Assembly: GCA_963707915.1 (NCBI GenBank)
Contig: OY970178.1
Location: 1,120,001 to 1,184,000 of the forward strand
DNA: 64,000 nucleotides
Direction: 5' to 3'
DNA from: Candidatus Eiseniibacteriota bacterium
GTDB taxonomy: Bacteria > Eisenbacteria > RBG-16-71-46
Each line of letters opens with the position of its first letter. Within the stretch, counting starts at the first letter, position 1. Positions 10,958 through 20,425 of this stretch are shown piece by piece. The notes beneath the pieces are model-generated. The model was not told the DNA's origin and did no database searches. It worked only from the letters and a program-made list of their open reading frames with translations. The position numbers and the translations under genes were made by a program.

Positions 10958-13734
10958 TCAACCGGCCGGCGCGGCCTCCCGCAGGAACCTCCCGGTCCAC
11001 GACGCCTCGCACGCCGCGATCGCCTCCGGCGGGCCCTCGGCGACGAGCCGTCCGCCGGCCTCGCCGCCGCCGGGGCCCAGGTCCACGACCCAGTCGCTGT
11101 TGCGGATGACGTCGAGGTTGTGCTCGACCGCGATCACCGTGTCGCCGCGCGCAGTCAGGTCGTCGAGGACCTCGAGCAGGCGCTGCACGTCCGCGTAGTG
11201 GAGCCCCACGGTCGGCTCGTCCAGCAGGTAGAGGGTCGGCCCCCCGCTGCGCTCCGACAGCTCGCGGGCGATCTTGAGCCGCTGCGCCTCGCCGCCCGGA
11301 GAGCTGGGTCGCCGGCTGCCCGAGCCGGAGGTAGCCGAGCCCCACGCGTCGCAGGATGTGCAGCGCCCGGGTGAAGCGCGGCTCGGCGGCGAAGTGCTCG
11401 AAGGCCTGGTCCACGGTCAGGTCGAGGGCGTCGCGCACGTTCACCCCGCGGTAGCGCACCTCGAGCACCTCGCGGCGGAAGCGGTCCCCGCCGCAGGTGT
11501 CGCAGGGCACCAGCAGGTCGGCGAGGAAGTACATCTCGACCGTGACCCAGCCGGCGCCCTCGCAGGCCTCGCAGCGCCCGCCCGGCCGTGTTGAACGAGA
11601 AGGCGCCGTCCCTGAGCCCGCGGGCGAGCGCCGCGGGCTGGCGGGCGTACACCTCCCGCAGCGCCGCGAAGGCGCCGAGGTAGGTGACCGGGCAGGAACG
11701 CGGCGTTCGCCCGATGGGCGACTGGTCCACGAGCGCGACGCGCTTCAGCCGCTCCAGCCCGGTCACCGCCCGGTGCGTCCCCGGCGGCTCGTCGCCGGCG
11801 CCCTCGAGCGCGAGCCGTGCGGCGCGGTGGAGCACGTCCTCGACCAGGCTGCTCTTGCCCGAGCCCGACACGCCGCTCACGGCCGTGAGCCGGCCGAGCG
11901 GGAAGCGCGCGTCCACGCCCTTCAGGTTGTGGTGCGTGGCGCCCAGCACCGCCACGAAGTCCCGCGGCACGCCCGGGCGGCGCACCCGCTCGACGCGCTT
12001 CTCGCCGCGCAGGTAGCGGGCGGTGTCGGTCGCGACCCCCGCGAGCGCCGCGCCGCCCGGCCCGGCGTAGAGCAGGCACCCGCCGAGTTCGCCGGCCCCG
12101 GGCCCGAGGTCCACGACGTGGTCGGCCGCGCGCATGACCAGCGGCTCGTGCTCGACCACCACCACGGTGTTCCCGCGGTCGGCGAGGTCCCGGAGGATGG
12201 CGACGAGCCGTTCGGTGTCGCGCGGGTGGAGCCCCACCGTGGGCTCGTCCAGCACGTAGAGCGTCTCGGTCAGGTTCGCCCCCAGCGCGTTGGCCAACTC
12301 GATGCGCTGGGCCTCGCCGCCGGACAGCGTGCGGGTCGCCCGGTCGAGGGTCAGGTAGCCGAGGTCCACGCGCTCGAGGAAGCGCAGCCGCGATTCCACC
12401 TCGGCGAGCACCGGCCCGGCGACCCCGCGCTCCGCCGGCGTGAACTCGAGCCCGGCGAGCCACCGGGCGGCCGCCGAGATGGTGAGCGCGCTCACCGCGG
12501 CGATGTCCTGGCCGCCCAGCCGCACCGCGCGCGCCTCGCGCCGCAGTCGCGTCCCACCGCAGTCGGCGCACGGCAGCGCCGTCTGGTAGGCCTTGACGAG
12601 GAAGCGGTTGCCCGCCTTGTAGGACTTCTCCTTGCGGCGCTCGAGGAACGGGATGACCCCGCGGAAGCCCTCGCCGCCCTCGAGCAGGAGCCGCCGGTGC
12701 CCGGGCTCGAGCCGGTCCCACGGCTCGTCGAGGGCGATGCCCCGCTCCCGCGCGAACTTCTCGATGCGCGGCCAGGCGAGCCGACGCCAGGAACCGGCCC
12801 ACGGCTTGAGCGCCCCCTCGCGCAGGCTCTTCGAGGGATCCGGCACGATCCGGTCCACGGTGAAGGTGAGCACGTCGCCGAAGCCCCGGCACGCGGGACA
12901 GACGCCCAGCGGGCTGTTGAAGGAGAACAGGGCCGGCTCGGGGCGCAGCGCGGCGGCCCCGCAGTGGGAACACTCCCAGAGCTCGCTGCGCCGCTCCGGC
13001 GGCCCCTCCCCCCGCCACAGCTCGAGCCGGCCCTCGCCCCGGCGGAAGGCCTGCTCGCACGCTTCCGCGAGACGGGCCTCCTCGCCGCGCCGCCAGGTGA
13101 AGCGGTCCACCACGACCCGCACCTCCGCCGTGCCGCGCTTGAGCTTCGGCAGCGGATCGAGCGGGCGGACCTCGCCCGAGAGCACCACGCGCGTGTAGCC
13201 GGCGGCCAGCAGGTGGCCGGCCTGCTCCTCCCAGCCCAGGCTCTTGGCCAATCGCACGGCGGCGAGCACGAGCAGGGCATCGCCCTCGGGCCAGCCGGCC
13301 GACTCCCGCACGATGCCGGCGGGGCTGTCGGCGCGGACCGGCCGGCCACACTCGAGGCAGCTCACCTGGCCCAGCCGGGAGAAGAGCACGCGCAGGTAGT
13401 CGCTCACCTCGGTGGCCGTTCCGACCGTGGAGCGCCCGCTCCGCGCCGGGGCCGACTGGCGGATGGCGACGGCCGGCATGAGCCCGTGGATGGTGTCCAC
13501 GTCCGGCCGCGGGAGGCGGTCCAGGAATTGCCGGGCATACGTGGAGACCGACTCGACGTAGCGCCTCTGGCCCTCGGCGTAGAGCGTGTCGAAGGCGAGC
13601 GAGGACTTCCCCGAGCCGGAGACCCCGGTGATCACGCTCAGCCGGCCGCGGGGCAGGTCGAGGTCGAGGTTCTTGAGGTTGTGCTGGCGGGCGCCGCGAA
13701 TCTCGATGGCGCTCGCGGGGGCGTTCTCGGGCAA
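10958..13734 (-). CDS. uvrA: Excinuclease ABC subunit A, split by two apparent +1 frameshifts (about 11582 and 11296)
   Basis: [17 protein letters not shown] (twice), [18 protein letters not shown] and zinc-finger Cys pairs distributed over three consecutive ORFs; TTG start inferred. Confidence 0.9.
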
Positions 13735-13994
13735 CGGGGCCTCGGATCGGCGAACGGCACGCGGCGGAGTGCGAGCCGGGTGACTATAGCACCCGCCGAC
13801 GGCGGCCGAGCCGGCCGCGGCGGTCGGGCCGGAAGACGCGAGCGGCCCGCCCATCCATGGGCGAGCCGCCGCAGGTCACTGGAGGAAATCGGCCAGCCCT
13901 AGCGCAGAGCCTCCAGCCCCTGGCCCGAACGGTTCACGACCTCGCGTTCCCGGCGAGCGGTTCGTGGACAGCACGGGCTGCACCTCTAACGATC

Positions 13995-14025
13995 GGGGAT
14001 TGGCCGGCATCGCCGACCAATCCCC
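13995..14025 (-). terminator. Terminator-like hairpin downstream of the lysine-rich microprotein
   Basis: Minus-strand RNA GGGGAUUGGUCGGC-GAU-GCCGGCCAAUCCCC; the single irregular pair is a G-U wobble only on this strand. Confidence 0.65.
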
Positions 14026-14052
14026 TGAGGACGTGCCAGGTCCTGAAACGAA

Positions 14053-14121
14053 CTACTTCTTCTTCTTGGCGACCTTCTTCTTGGCGACCTTCTTCTTGGC
14101 GACCTTCTTCTTCGCTGCCAT
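14053..14121 (-). CDS. 22-aa lysine-rich, histone-H1/protamine-like microprotein MAAKKKVAKKKVAKKKVAKKKK
   Basis: ATG..TAG; 15-nt repeat AAGAAGAAGGTCGCC x3; AAGGAGGTGATC (14126-14137) complementary to the canonical 16S 3' end; downstream hairpin; not in the ORF track. Confidence 0.8.
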   Translation of the reverse strand: MAAKKKVAKKKVAKKKVAKKKK

Positions 14122-14262
14122 TTCTGATCACCTCCTTGGATCTGATCTCGTCGGTGGAGTCCCCAACTTCACGCTGGGACACTGTTGGCCGCCGCCTTGG
14201 GCGCGGCCCTGGCGGCCCGGCGGAGTTCCCGAGAACTCCACTTGGCCTTGCATTTCAATGTA

Positions 14263-14278
14263 AGCACGTTCCATTCCA
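14263..14278 (-). promoter_or_regulatory. Putative sigma54 -24/-12 promoter for the microprotein transcript
   Basis: TGGAATG-GAAC-GTGCT with exact GG-N10-GC spacing, in a lower-GC intergenic region downstream of a bEBP gene. Confidence 0.6.
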
Positions 14279-14508
14279 CACGGCGATGGAAGTCCGGCAA
14301 ATTGAGTCCAAGTCACTGCAGCACAGCTGAATAAGCGACTCGACGTTGGCCACTCGCAGGTCGGCTCGTCCGCGTATTCGCCCGGTCGAACCGCTCTAAC
14401 CGTCAACTTAATGGCAACTTAGCCGGGACGGAGTTTGTAATCAACTGCAGCACAATAGCTTGCAAGTCGATGTCCACTTCCTTGTGGGTGTCAAGATACT
14501 GGACGATT

Positions 14509-15864
14509 TCAGCTCTCCTCGAGCGTCCGCGAGCGTCGCAGTTTCTCGATGAGACCCTGCCGCGAGATGCCCAGCACGCGCGCGGCGCGGCTCTTGTTCC
14601 CCGCGGTGAGCCGCAACACCTCGGCGATGTGGTCCGCCTCGATCTGCGCCAGGGTGGGAAGCGCGATGGAGTGGTCCGAGGCCAGCCGCCGGCCGGCGAC
14701 CTCCGCCGGGAGGTGATCCACCTCCAGCTGTCGCCCGTCCTCGAGGAGCACGACGCGCTCGATGAGGTTGCGCAGTTCGCGCACGTTGCCGGGCCAGCGG
14801 TAGGACAACAGGAGGCGCGCCGCGTCGGGCGCGATGTCGCGGAAGTCCTTCTGGAACTGGCGGGAGAACTCGCGCATGAAGTGCCGGGCCAGCAGCAGGA
14901 CGTCGTCTCCGCGCTCGCTGAGCGGCGGCAGGTGGATGCTGACGACCTTGAGGCGGAAGTACAGGTCGCTGCGGAAACGCCCGTTCCGGATGTCGCTCTC
15001 GAGGTCCTTGTTCGATGCCGCCACGATGCGGATGTCGACGCTGATGTCCTCGGCGCCGCCGACGCGCTTGAAATTGCGGTAGTCGATGAAGCGGAGGAGC
15101 TTGGCCTGGGTCGGCATCGACATGTCCGCCACCTCGTCCAGGAAGAGCGTGCCGCCATCGCAGAGCTCGACCAGGCCCTTCTTCAGGTCCCCGGCGTCCG
15201 TGAAGGCGCCACGCTCGTGCCCGAACAGCTCGTTCTCGAGCAGGGTCTCCTGGAACGAGGAGCAATTGACCTCCATGAGCGGGGCCTGGGCCCGGTCGCT
15301 GCGGTAATGAATCGCCCGTGCGACCAGTTCCTTGCCGGTCCCGCTCTCCCCGGTGATGAACACCGAGGTCGCCTGGCTGCGCACCACCTTCTCGATGAGG
15401 TCCCGCACCTCCTTCATGGGCCCGGAGGTGCCGATGATCTCCTCCCCGGTGTAGCGGCGCTTCTCCTTGCGGCGGTAGAGGTCGAGCTCGTTGGCCTGGC
15501 GGAAGGTCCGGGCGGCCGCTTCGACCGCCATCTCGATGTCCTCCTTCTCGTAGGGCTTCCGGAGGAAGTCGCAGGCCCCGAGTTTCATGGCCTCGACCGC
15601 CGACTGGACGTCGCCGTAGGCGGTGATGACGATGACCTGGACCAGCGAGTCCATCTGGCGCACGCGCCGCAGCACCGAGAGGCCGTCGGTGTCCGGCAGG
15701 CGCATGTCGAGGATGATGACCTGCGGGCGCACGCTCTCGACCTTGTCGAGGCCCTCCGCCCCGGTGCTCGCGCCCTCCACCAGGTAGCCCTTCTCGCGCA
15801 ACACGCGGGACAACGACTTGCGGATGAGGATCTCGTCGTCCACCACGAGCACGGTGTTCTTCAC
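14509..15864 (-). CDS. Sigma54-dependent response regulator (REC-AAA+-Fis HTH; NtrC/AtoC/ZraR family)
   Basis: VLVVDDE receiver, [49 protein letters not shown]. Confidence 0.95.
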   Translation of the reverse strand: MKNTVLVVDDEILIRKSLSRVLREKGYLVEGASTGAEGLDKVESVRPQVIILDMRLPDTDGLSVLRRVRQMDSLVQVIVITAYGDVQSAVEAMKLGACDFLRKPYEKEDIEMAVEAAARTFRQANELDLYRRKEKRRYTGEEIIGTSGPMKEVRDLIEKVVRSQATSVFITGESGTGKELVARAIHYRSDRAQAPLMEVNCSSFQETLLENELFGHERGAFTDAGDLKKGLVELCDGGTLFLDEVADMSMPTQAKLLRFIDYRNFKRVGGAEDISVDIRIVAASNKDLESDIRNGRFRSDLYFRLKVVSIHLPPLSERGDDVLLLARHFMREFSRQFQKDFRDIAPDAARLLLSYRWPGNVRELRNLIERVVLLEDGRQLEVDHLPAEVAGRRLASDHSIALPTLAQIEADHIAEVLRLTAGNKSRAARVLGISRQGLIEKLRRSRTLEES

Positions 15865-15868
15865 GAGC

Positions 15869-16993
15869 CTAGTCCTCCGCCGGCTCGGGAGCGCCCGGCG
15901 GCTCCGCCGGGACCGGGAAGGAGACCCGCAACGTCGCCCCGCCACCCGCGTTGTTCTTGGCGGTGATCACGCCGCCGACCTCGCGCACGATCTGCAGGGA
16001 GATGGGCAGGCCGAGCCCGGTGCCCATGGAGCGCGTCGTGAAGAAGGGGTCGAAGATCTTCTCCATGAGCTCCCGGGGGATGCCCACGCCGGTGTCCCGG
16101 AAGGAGACGTCCACCACCGAGCGCCGGGTGCGGTAGCGCCGCACTCCCAGCATGACGTGCAGCTCGCCCCCCTGGGGCATGGCCTGCACGGCGTTCAGGC
16201 AGAGATTGAGGAAGACCTGCTGGGTGAGGTCCGGGTCCGCGTAGACCAGCGGGACCTCCTCGGCCACCTCGGCGTAGTCCTTGAACAGCGTCACCTGGGC
16301 GTCCCCCAGCTGCAGCTCGAGCAGGTCGAGGGTCTTCTCGAGCACCTGGCGGAGGGAGCACGCCTGGGGGCGGGCGGCGGGCGGGCGGGCGAACATGAGC
16401 AGCCCGGTGATGATCTGCTCGATGCGGTCCAGCTCCTTGATGACGTCCTCGAGGTCCTCGCGCCGGGCGTCGTTGGGCTTGAACTTCGAGCCCACGTACT
16501 GGACCGTGGTGCGGATGCCGGTCAGCGGGTTGCGGATCTCGTGCGCGACGTAGGCCGACAGCTCGCCCAGCGAGACCAGCCGGTCGATGTTCTTCTGGAA
16601 CTCGCCATCCTCGCTCTCGGAGGTGGCCTCCGCCATCACCAGCGAGCCGGTCAGGACGCCGTCCTCGTCGCGCAGCGGCAGCGACTCGGCCTTGAGCGTC
16701 AGCTCGCGGCCTTCCGCCTCGATGCGGAACTCGCGCGGCTCCCGCGAGGCGCCCTTCAACCAGCGCGCGTCGGCCCCGGGGAACAGGCGCCCGGCTGGCA
16801 ACCCCAGCAGTCCGCCCGGCTCGACGGCGAACAACTCCTCGATCCGGCGGTTGTTGTACGTGACGCGACGCTCACGATCGAGCGCCACGACCCCCTGTTC
16901 CAGCGCGTCCAGCACCTGCGAGGGCCACGGGATCGGCCGCGACGCGGGCTCGGACTCCGCCGGGCGTGCGGGAGCTTCGTTACGCGTGCTCAT
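15869..16993 (-). CDS. Cytoplasmic PAS sensor histidine kinase
   Basis: PAS-like N-terminus, AHEIRNPL, QVFLNLCLNA, DTGVGI, PFFTT..GTGLGL; GGAGG RBS. Confidence 0.92.
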   Translation of the reverse strand: MSTRNEAPARPAESEPASRPIPWPSQVLDALEQGVVALDRERRVTYNNRRIEELFAVEPGGLLGLPAGRLFPGADARWLKGASREPREFRIEAEGRELTLKAESLPLRDEDGVLTGSLVMAEATSESEDGEFQKNIDRLVSLGELSAYVAHEIRNPLTGIRTTVQYVGSKFKPNDARREDLEDVIKELDRIEQIITGLLMFARPPAARPQACSLRQVLEKTLDLLELQLGDAQVTLFKDYAEVAEEVPLVYADPDLTQQVFLNLCLNAVQAMPQGGELHVMLGVRRYRTRRSVVDVSFRDTGVGIPRELMEKIFDPFFTTRSMGTGLGLPISLQIVREVGGVITAKNNAGGGATLRVSFPVPAEPPGAPEPAED

Positions 16994-17117
16994 CGGCCCT
17001 CCGCGGGAGAAACCTACGGTGCGAACGGAGAGGTAGCACACGCCGCCCACGCAGGCAACGGAAGAGGCGACGACGAGCACCCGCGCGACCCCGGCCCGCG
17101 CGGGTGGGACCGTCTGG

Positions 17118-17146
17118 TTGAGCGCGCCGGAGGCGGCTGGTAGAAT
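17118..17146 (+). promoter_or_regulatory. Putative sigma70 promoter for the ppiD-like gene
   Basis: TTGAGC-N17-TAGAAT. Confidence 0.6.
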
Positions 17147-17196
17147 GGGCGGTCCCTTCTTCCCCACGTCGTTTCGTCCCGTTCCGGGAGCCCTGA

Positions 17197-19020
17197 ATGC
17201 TTCGTCAACTTCGCAGCGGCGGCAAGCACACCAAGGCCATCTGGTGGCTGCTCACGGTCGTCATCGTCGTCACGTTCCTCGGCGGCTTCGTGTTCATCTT
17301 CGGCGCGGGCGTCGACTTCGGCGGCGGGCAGGGCAAGGGGACCGTCGGTTCCGTGGACGGCAGCCCCATCAGCGCCACGGAGTACCAGACCGCGCTCACG
17401 AGCCAGCGCGAGGCGTTCCGCCGCCAGTACGGCTCGGATCCCGCCGACCGCGACGAGAAGAACACCGAGGCGCAGGCGTGGCGGACGATCCTCAGCCAGA
17501 AGCTGATGGGCGCCGAGGCCCGCAAGGCCGGCCTCGTGGCGCACGACCGCGAGGTGGTGCTGGCGCTGCAGACCTCCCCACCGCAGGAGCTGGTCGACCA
17601 GCCCGCGTTCCAGACCGACGGCAAGTTCGACCCGGAGAAGTACCGGGCCGCCCTGCGCGACCCCAACAACACGTTCTGGACGGGCTTCGAGGCGCTCGTG
17701 CGGTCGCAGTTGCCGGTCCGCAAGCTGCAGGAGCGCATGCTCGCCTCGATCAAGCTGAGCGAGCCCGAGCTCCGCGAGGCCTACCACGAGCGCTTCGACC
17801 GCGTGGCGGCCACCGCCCTCGTCGTGCTGCCCGACATGCAGGCCAAGCTGCCTCCGCCGCAGCCCGCCGACCTGCAGAAGGTCTACGAGGAGTACAAGAG
17901 CCGCTTCTACTCCGGCCCGCGGATCGACCTCGAAGTGCTCCAGGTGCCCAAGAAGTACAGCGAGGAGGACATCCGCACGGCCCGCCAGTTCGCCCAGAAC
18001 CTGGTCGATCGCGTGCGCCGGGGCGAGGACTTCGCCCAGCTGGCGAAGGACTACTCCGAGGGCCCCGGGGCGGCCCAGGGCGGCCTCATCAACCGCGTCG
18101 TCCAGGTGCAGGAGCTGGGGCCCGAGATGGGGCCCTACATGAACGACCTGCAGCCTGGGCAGGTGAGCAACCCCTACCAGGCCAATGGGCGCTTCATCAT
18201 CATGAAGCTCGTCGAGCGCGTGCCGCAGCCCGGCCAGCCCGCGCCGGGCATGCGCCTGGCCCAGATCATCGTGCGCGTGCGGCCCAACGACGCGGGCCGG
18301 CAGGAGCAGTACGGCGAGCTGCAGAAGCTGCGGGCGCGCGCCGCGGCCCTGAAGAGCCTGGGGAAGGCGGCGACCGAGAAGGCGCTGCCCACGCTGCGCA
18401 CCGGCTTCTTCGACCCGAACACCCCGCCGGCCCCGATCGCCGAGACGCCGGAAGCGGCCGAGTGGGCCTCCGGTGCCAAGCTGAACGCGGTGAGCCCGGT
18501 CTTCGAGGGCGCGGACGACTACGCCATCGTCCAGGTGGCCCAGCGGCACGACGGCGGCCTGGTGTCGAGCGAGACGTTGAAGGAGACCCTGCGCCAGATC
18601 GCCGAGCTCGAGGCCCGGGTGGACCGGGCGAAGCCGGTGGCCGACCGCATCGCCAAGGCCCTCGCGCAGGGGCGCTCGCTCGAGGCCGCCGCGAAGGAGA
18701 ACGGGCTCACGCCGTTCGCCACCGTGCTGTCGCGGGCCCAGCAGGACCCGCGCCTGGCGGGCGCGGGCGAGACCTTCGGCGCGCTCTTCGGCGCGGCCCC
18801 GGGCAAGGTGGTGGGCCCGCTGCGCGGCCCGGGCGGCTGGCTCTTCGCGCGCGTGGAACAGCGGGTGGCGGCCCCGATGGATTCCACCTACGAGAAGGCG
18901 AAGACCCCGCTCTCCCAGGAGATCCTGAGCACCCGGCAGCAGATGTTCTTCAACGGCTGGGTCGCCGGCCTGCGGGAGAAGGCGAAGGTCCAGGATCTGC
19001 GCTTCACCGGCGCCCGCTAG
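17197..19020 (+). CDS. PpiD/SurA-family membrane-anchored peptidyl-prolyl isomerase chaperone
   Basis: N-terminal TM, VGSVDG..IS, FQTDGKFD, parvulin GEDFAQLAKDYSE...QGG, C-terminal LREKAKVQD. Confidence 0.85.
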   Translation: MLRQLRSGGKHTKAIWWLLTVVIVVTFLGGFVFIFGAGVDFGGGQGKGTVGSVDGSPISATEYQTALTSQREAFRRQYGSDPADRDEKNTEAQAWRTILSQKLMGAEARKAGLVAHDREVVLALQTSPPQELVDQPAFQTDGKFDPEKYRAALRDPNNTFWTGFEALVRSQLPVRKLQERMLASIKLSEPELREAYHERFDRVAATALVVLPDMQAKLPPPQPADLQKVYEEYKSRFYSGPRIDLEVLQVPKKYSEEDIRTARQFAQNLVDRVRRGEDFAQLAKDYSEGPGAAQGGLINRVVQVQELGPEMGPYMNDLQPGQVSNPYQANGRFIIMKLVERVPQPGQPAPGMRLAQIIVRVRPNDAGRQEQYGELQKLRARAAALKSLGKAATEKALPTLRTGFFDPNTPPAPIAETPEAAEWASGAKLNAVSPVFEGADDYAIVQVAQRHDGGLVSSETLKETLRQIAELEARVDRAKPVADRIAKALAQGRSLEAAAKENGLTPFATVLSRAQQDPRLAGAGETFGALFGAAPGKVVGPLRGPGGWLFARVEQRVAAPMDSTYEKAKTPLSQEILSTRQQMFFNGWVAGLREKAKVQDLRFTGAR

Positions 19021-19059
19021 GCGGGACCGGCACGGCGGGCACCCGTCGGGCCAGGCACA

Positions 19060-19098
19060 CGACGAGGGCGGCGGGAGCGAATCCCGCCGCCCTCGTCG
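19060..19098. terminator. Bidirectional terminator hairpin between the ppiD-like gene and tatA
   Basis: CGACGAGGGCGGCGGGA-gcgaa-TCCCGCCGCCCTCGTCG, 17-bp perfect stem. Confidence 0.7.
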
Positions 19099-19113
19099 CT
19101 TCCCGGCCCGACG

Positions 19114-19347
19114 CTACTGGATCGGCTTGTTCTCGGGCGGTGTGCCGTTCGCCGGCTTGCGCGCGGCGTCGGGCTTGGTCTCCGTCGGCTCCCGGTTCAG
19201 CTCGTCGGAGATCTCGTGCTGCGCCTTGCGGAAATCGCGCATGGCGGTCCCCAGCCCCTTGGCGAGCTTGGGCAGCTGGCTGGGCCCGAAGATGAGGAGC
19301 ACGATGATGAACACGATCATCATCTCGCCGGGACCTAATCCGAACAC
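19114..19347 (-). CDS. tatA: Twin-arginine translocase TatA/E
   Basis: MFGLGPGE..I....LLIFGP..LP..AKGLG...RDFRK; AAGGAGG RBS. Confidence 0.93.
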   Translation of the reverse strand: MFGLGPGEMMIVFIIVLLIFGPSQLPKLAKGLGTAMRDFRKAQHEISDELNREPTETKPDAARKPANGTPPENKPIQ

Positions 19348-19371
19348 CTTGACCTCCTTTGTGGAACCTGA

Positions 19372-19797
19372 CTATCGACCGAGATGGAGCCGACTGCGGT
19401 CGCTCCCGAGCACCACCGTGACATCAGCCTGATCGGAACTCCACGCCTGGCGGATCACCGGCGGACCGCCGAGGTAGCGCGCCACGGCCAGCGCGCCGGC
19501 GGGGTCCTCGCGCCGCGCCACCACGAGGGTGGCGAAGTAGTCGTCGCGATCCGCGTTCCGCACCTCCACCACATGGAAACCGCCCTCCCGCAGGGCGGAA
19601 GCCAGCCGCCCCGCCACTCCTCCCTCGCCCGATCCATTCAGCACCTGCACGCGGACCACGAGCGGCGTCCCGTTCGCACGATCCGCCGTGCGGCCCGCCC
19701 CGAAGCGGACCCAGAGCCACGAGAGCAGCAACGCCACGACCACCAGCGCGAGCAGGGCCGTGCCCGCGCGCGCCAGCAGCCTAGGCTTTCGGGCCAC
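19372..19797 (-). CDS. LytR C-terminal domain membrane protein
   Basis: N-terminal TM, V.VLNGSG..G.A, L...GF.V....NAD, ADVTVVLGSD. Confidence 0.85.
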   Translation of the reverse strand: MARKPRLLARAGTALLALVVVALLLSWLWVRFGAGRTADRANGTPLVVRVQVLNGSGEGGVAGRLASALREGGFHVVEVRNADRDDYFATLVVARREDPAGALAVARYLGGPPVIRQAWSSDQADVTVVLGSDRSRLHLGR

Positions 19798-20425
19798 GCC
19801 CCCTCCGCCTTCCGCCCGGCCCCGCCTCGAGCGCCCGGACGGCCCGCCGCAGCCGGGCCCAGGTCCGCGGCAGGGACTCCGGGAGCACGCGCGTCTCGCC
19901 GACCGCGGCCATGAAATTGGTGTCGCCGTCCCAGCGCGGCACCACGTGCATGTGCAGGTGGCCGGGGAACCCGGCTCCGGCGACGCGCCCCGCGTTCACG
20001 CCGAAGTTCATCCCGTGCGGGTGATACTCCGTCTCCAGCGCCCGCTCCGCAAGCCCCACCAGCTCCAACAGGTCCGCGCGCTCCGCCGCCGTGAGCCGGG
20101 CGAAGCGTCCCTGGTGGCCGTTCACCGCCACCATCAGGTGGCCGCCGGTGTAGGGGAAGCGGTTCAGCATCAGGAAGGCGTGCGGCCGGCGCGCCACGAC
20201 CAGGAGCGCCCGGTCGCCGCGCGTGCGGGCCACCCGGCAGAACAGGCACTCGGCCGGCTCGTGGGCCCGGCCGATGTACGCCATCCGCCACGGCGCCCAC
20301 AGCCGCTCGAGCGCGCCCCGTGCCCCGCTCCGCGCGGCCGGCCGGCGACGTGCCGGCGCGCCGCCCGGCGCGGTCGTCGCCCGCGTCCTCCCCGGGCGCA
20401 CCGGGGTCCCCCGCCGCGCGCTCAC
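19781..20425 (-). CDS. HIT family nucleotide hydrolase (Ap4A phosphorylase-like)
   Basis: LWAPWRM.YI, CLFC, LNRFPY..GHLM, HLHMHVVPRW; start inferred at the GTG overlapping the panC stop. Confidence 0.88.
   Translation of the reverse strand: MSARRGTPVRPGRTRATTAPGGAPARRRPAARSGARGALERLWAPWRMAYIGRAHEPAECLFCRVARTRGDRALLVVARRPHAFLMLNRFPYTGGHLMVAVNGHQGRFARLTAAERADLLELVGLAERALETEYHPHGMNFGVNAGRVAGAGFPGHLHMHVVPRWDGDTNFMAAVGETRVLPESLPRTWARLRRAVRALEAGPGGRRRGRGPKA

Noticed and set aside
14056..14112. 15-bp tandem repeat considered as a CRISPR array or non-coding VNTR; alternative ORFs 13934-14182 (EEGRQ repeats), 13964-14263 and 13857-14330
   Set aside because: No spacers or cas genes; only the Lys frame has an ATG at proper distance from a strong SD plus a downstream terminator
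14126..14137. GATCACCTCCTT on the plus strand, identical to the 16S rRNA 3' end
   Set aside because: No other rRNA sequence around it; explained as the minus-strand Shine-Dalgarno
14259..14273. Alternative sigma54 register TGGAACG-TGC-TTACA
   Set aside because: Spacing is off by one and the GC is missing; the overlapping TGGAATG-N4-GTGCT register fits GG-N10-GC
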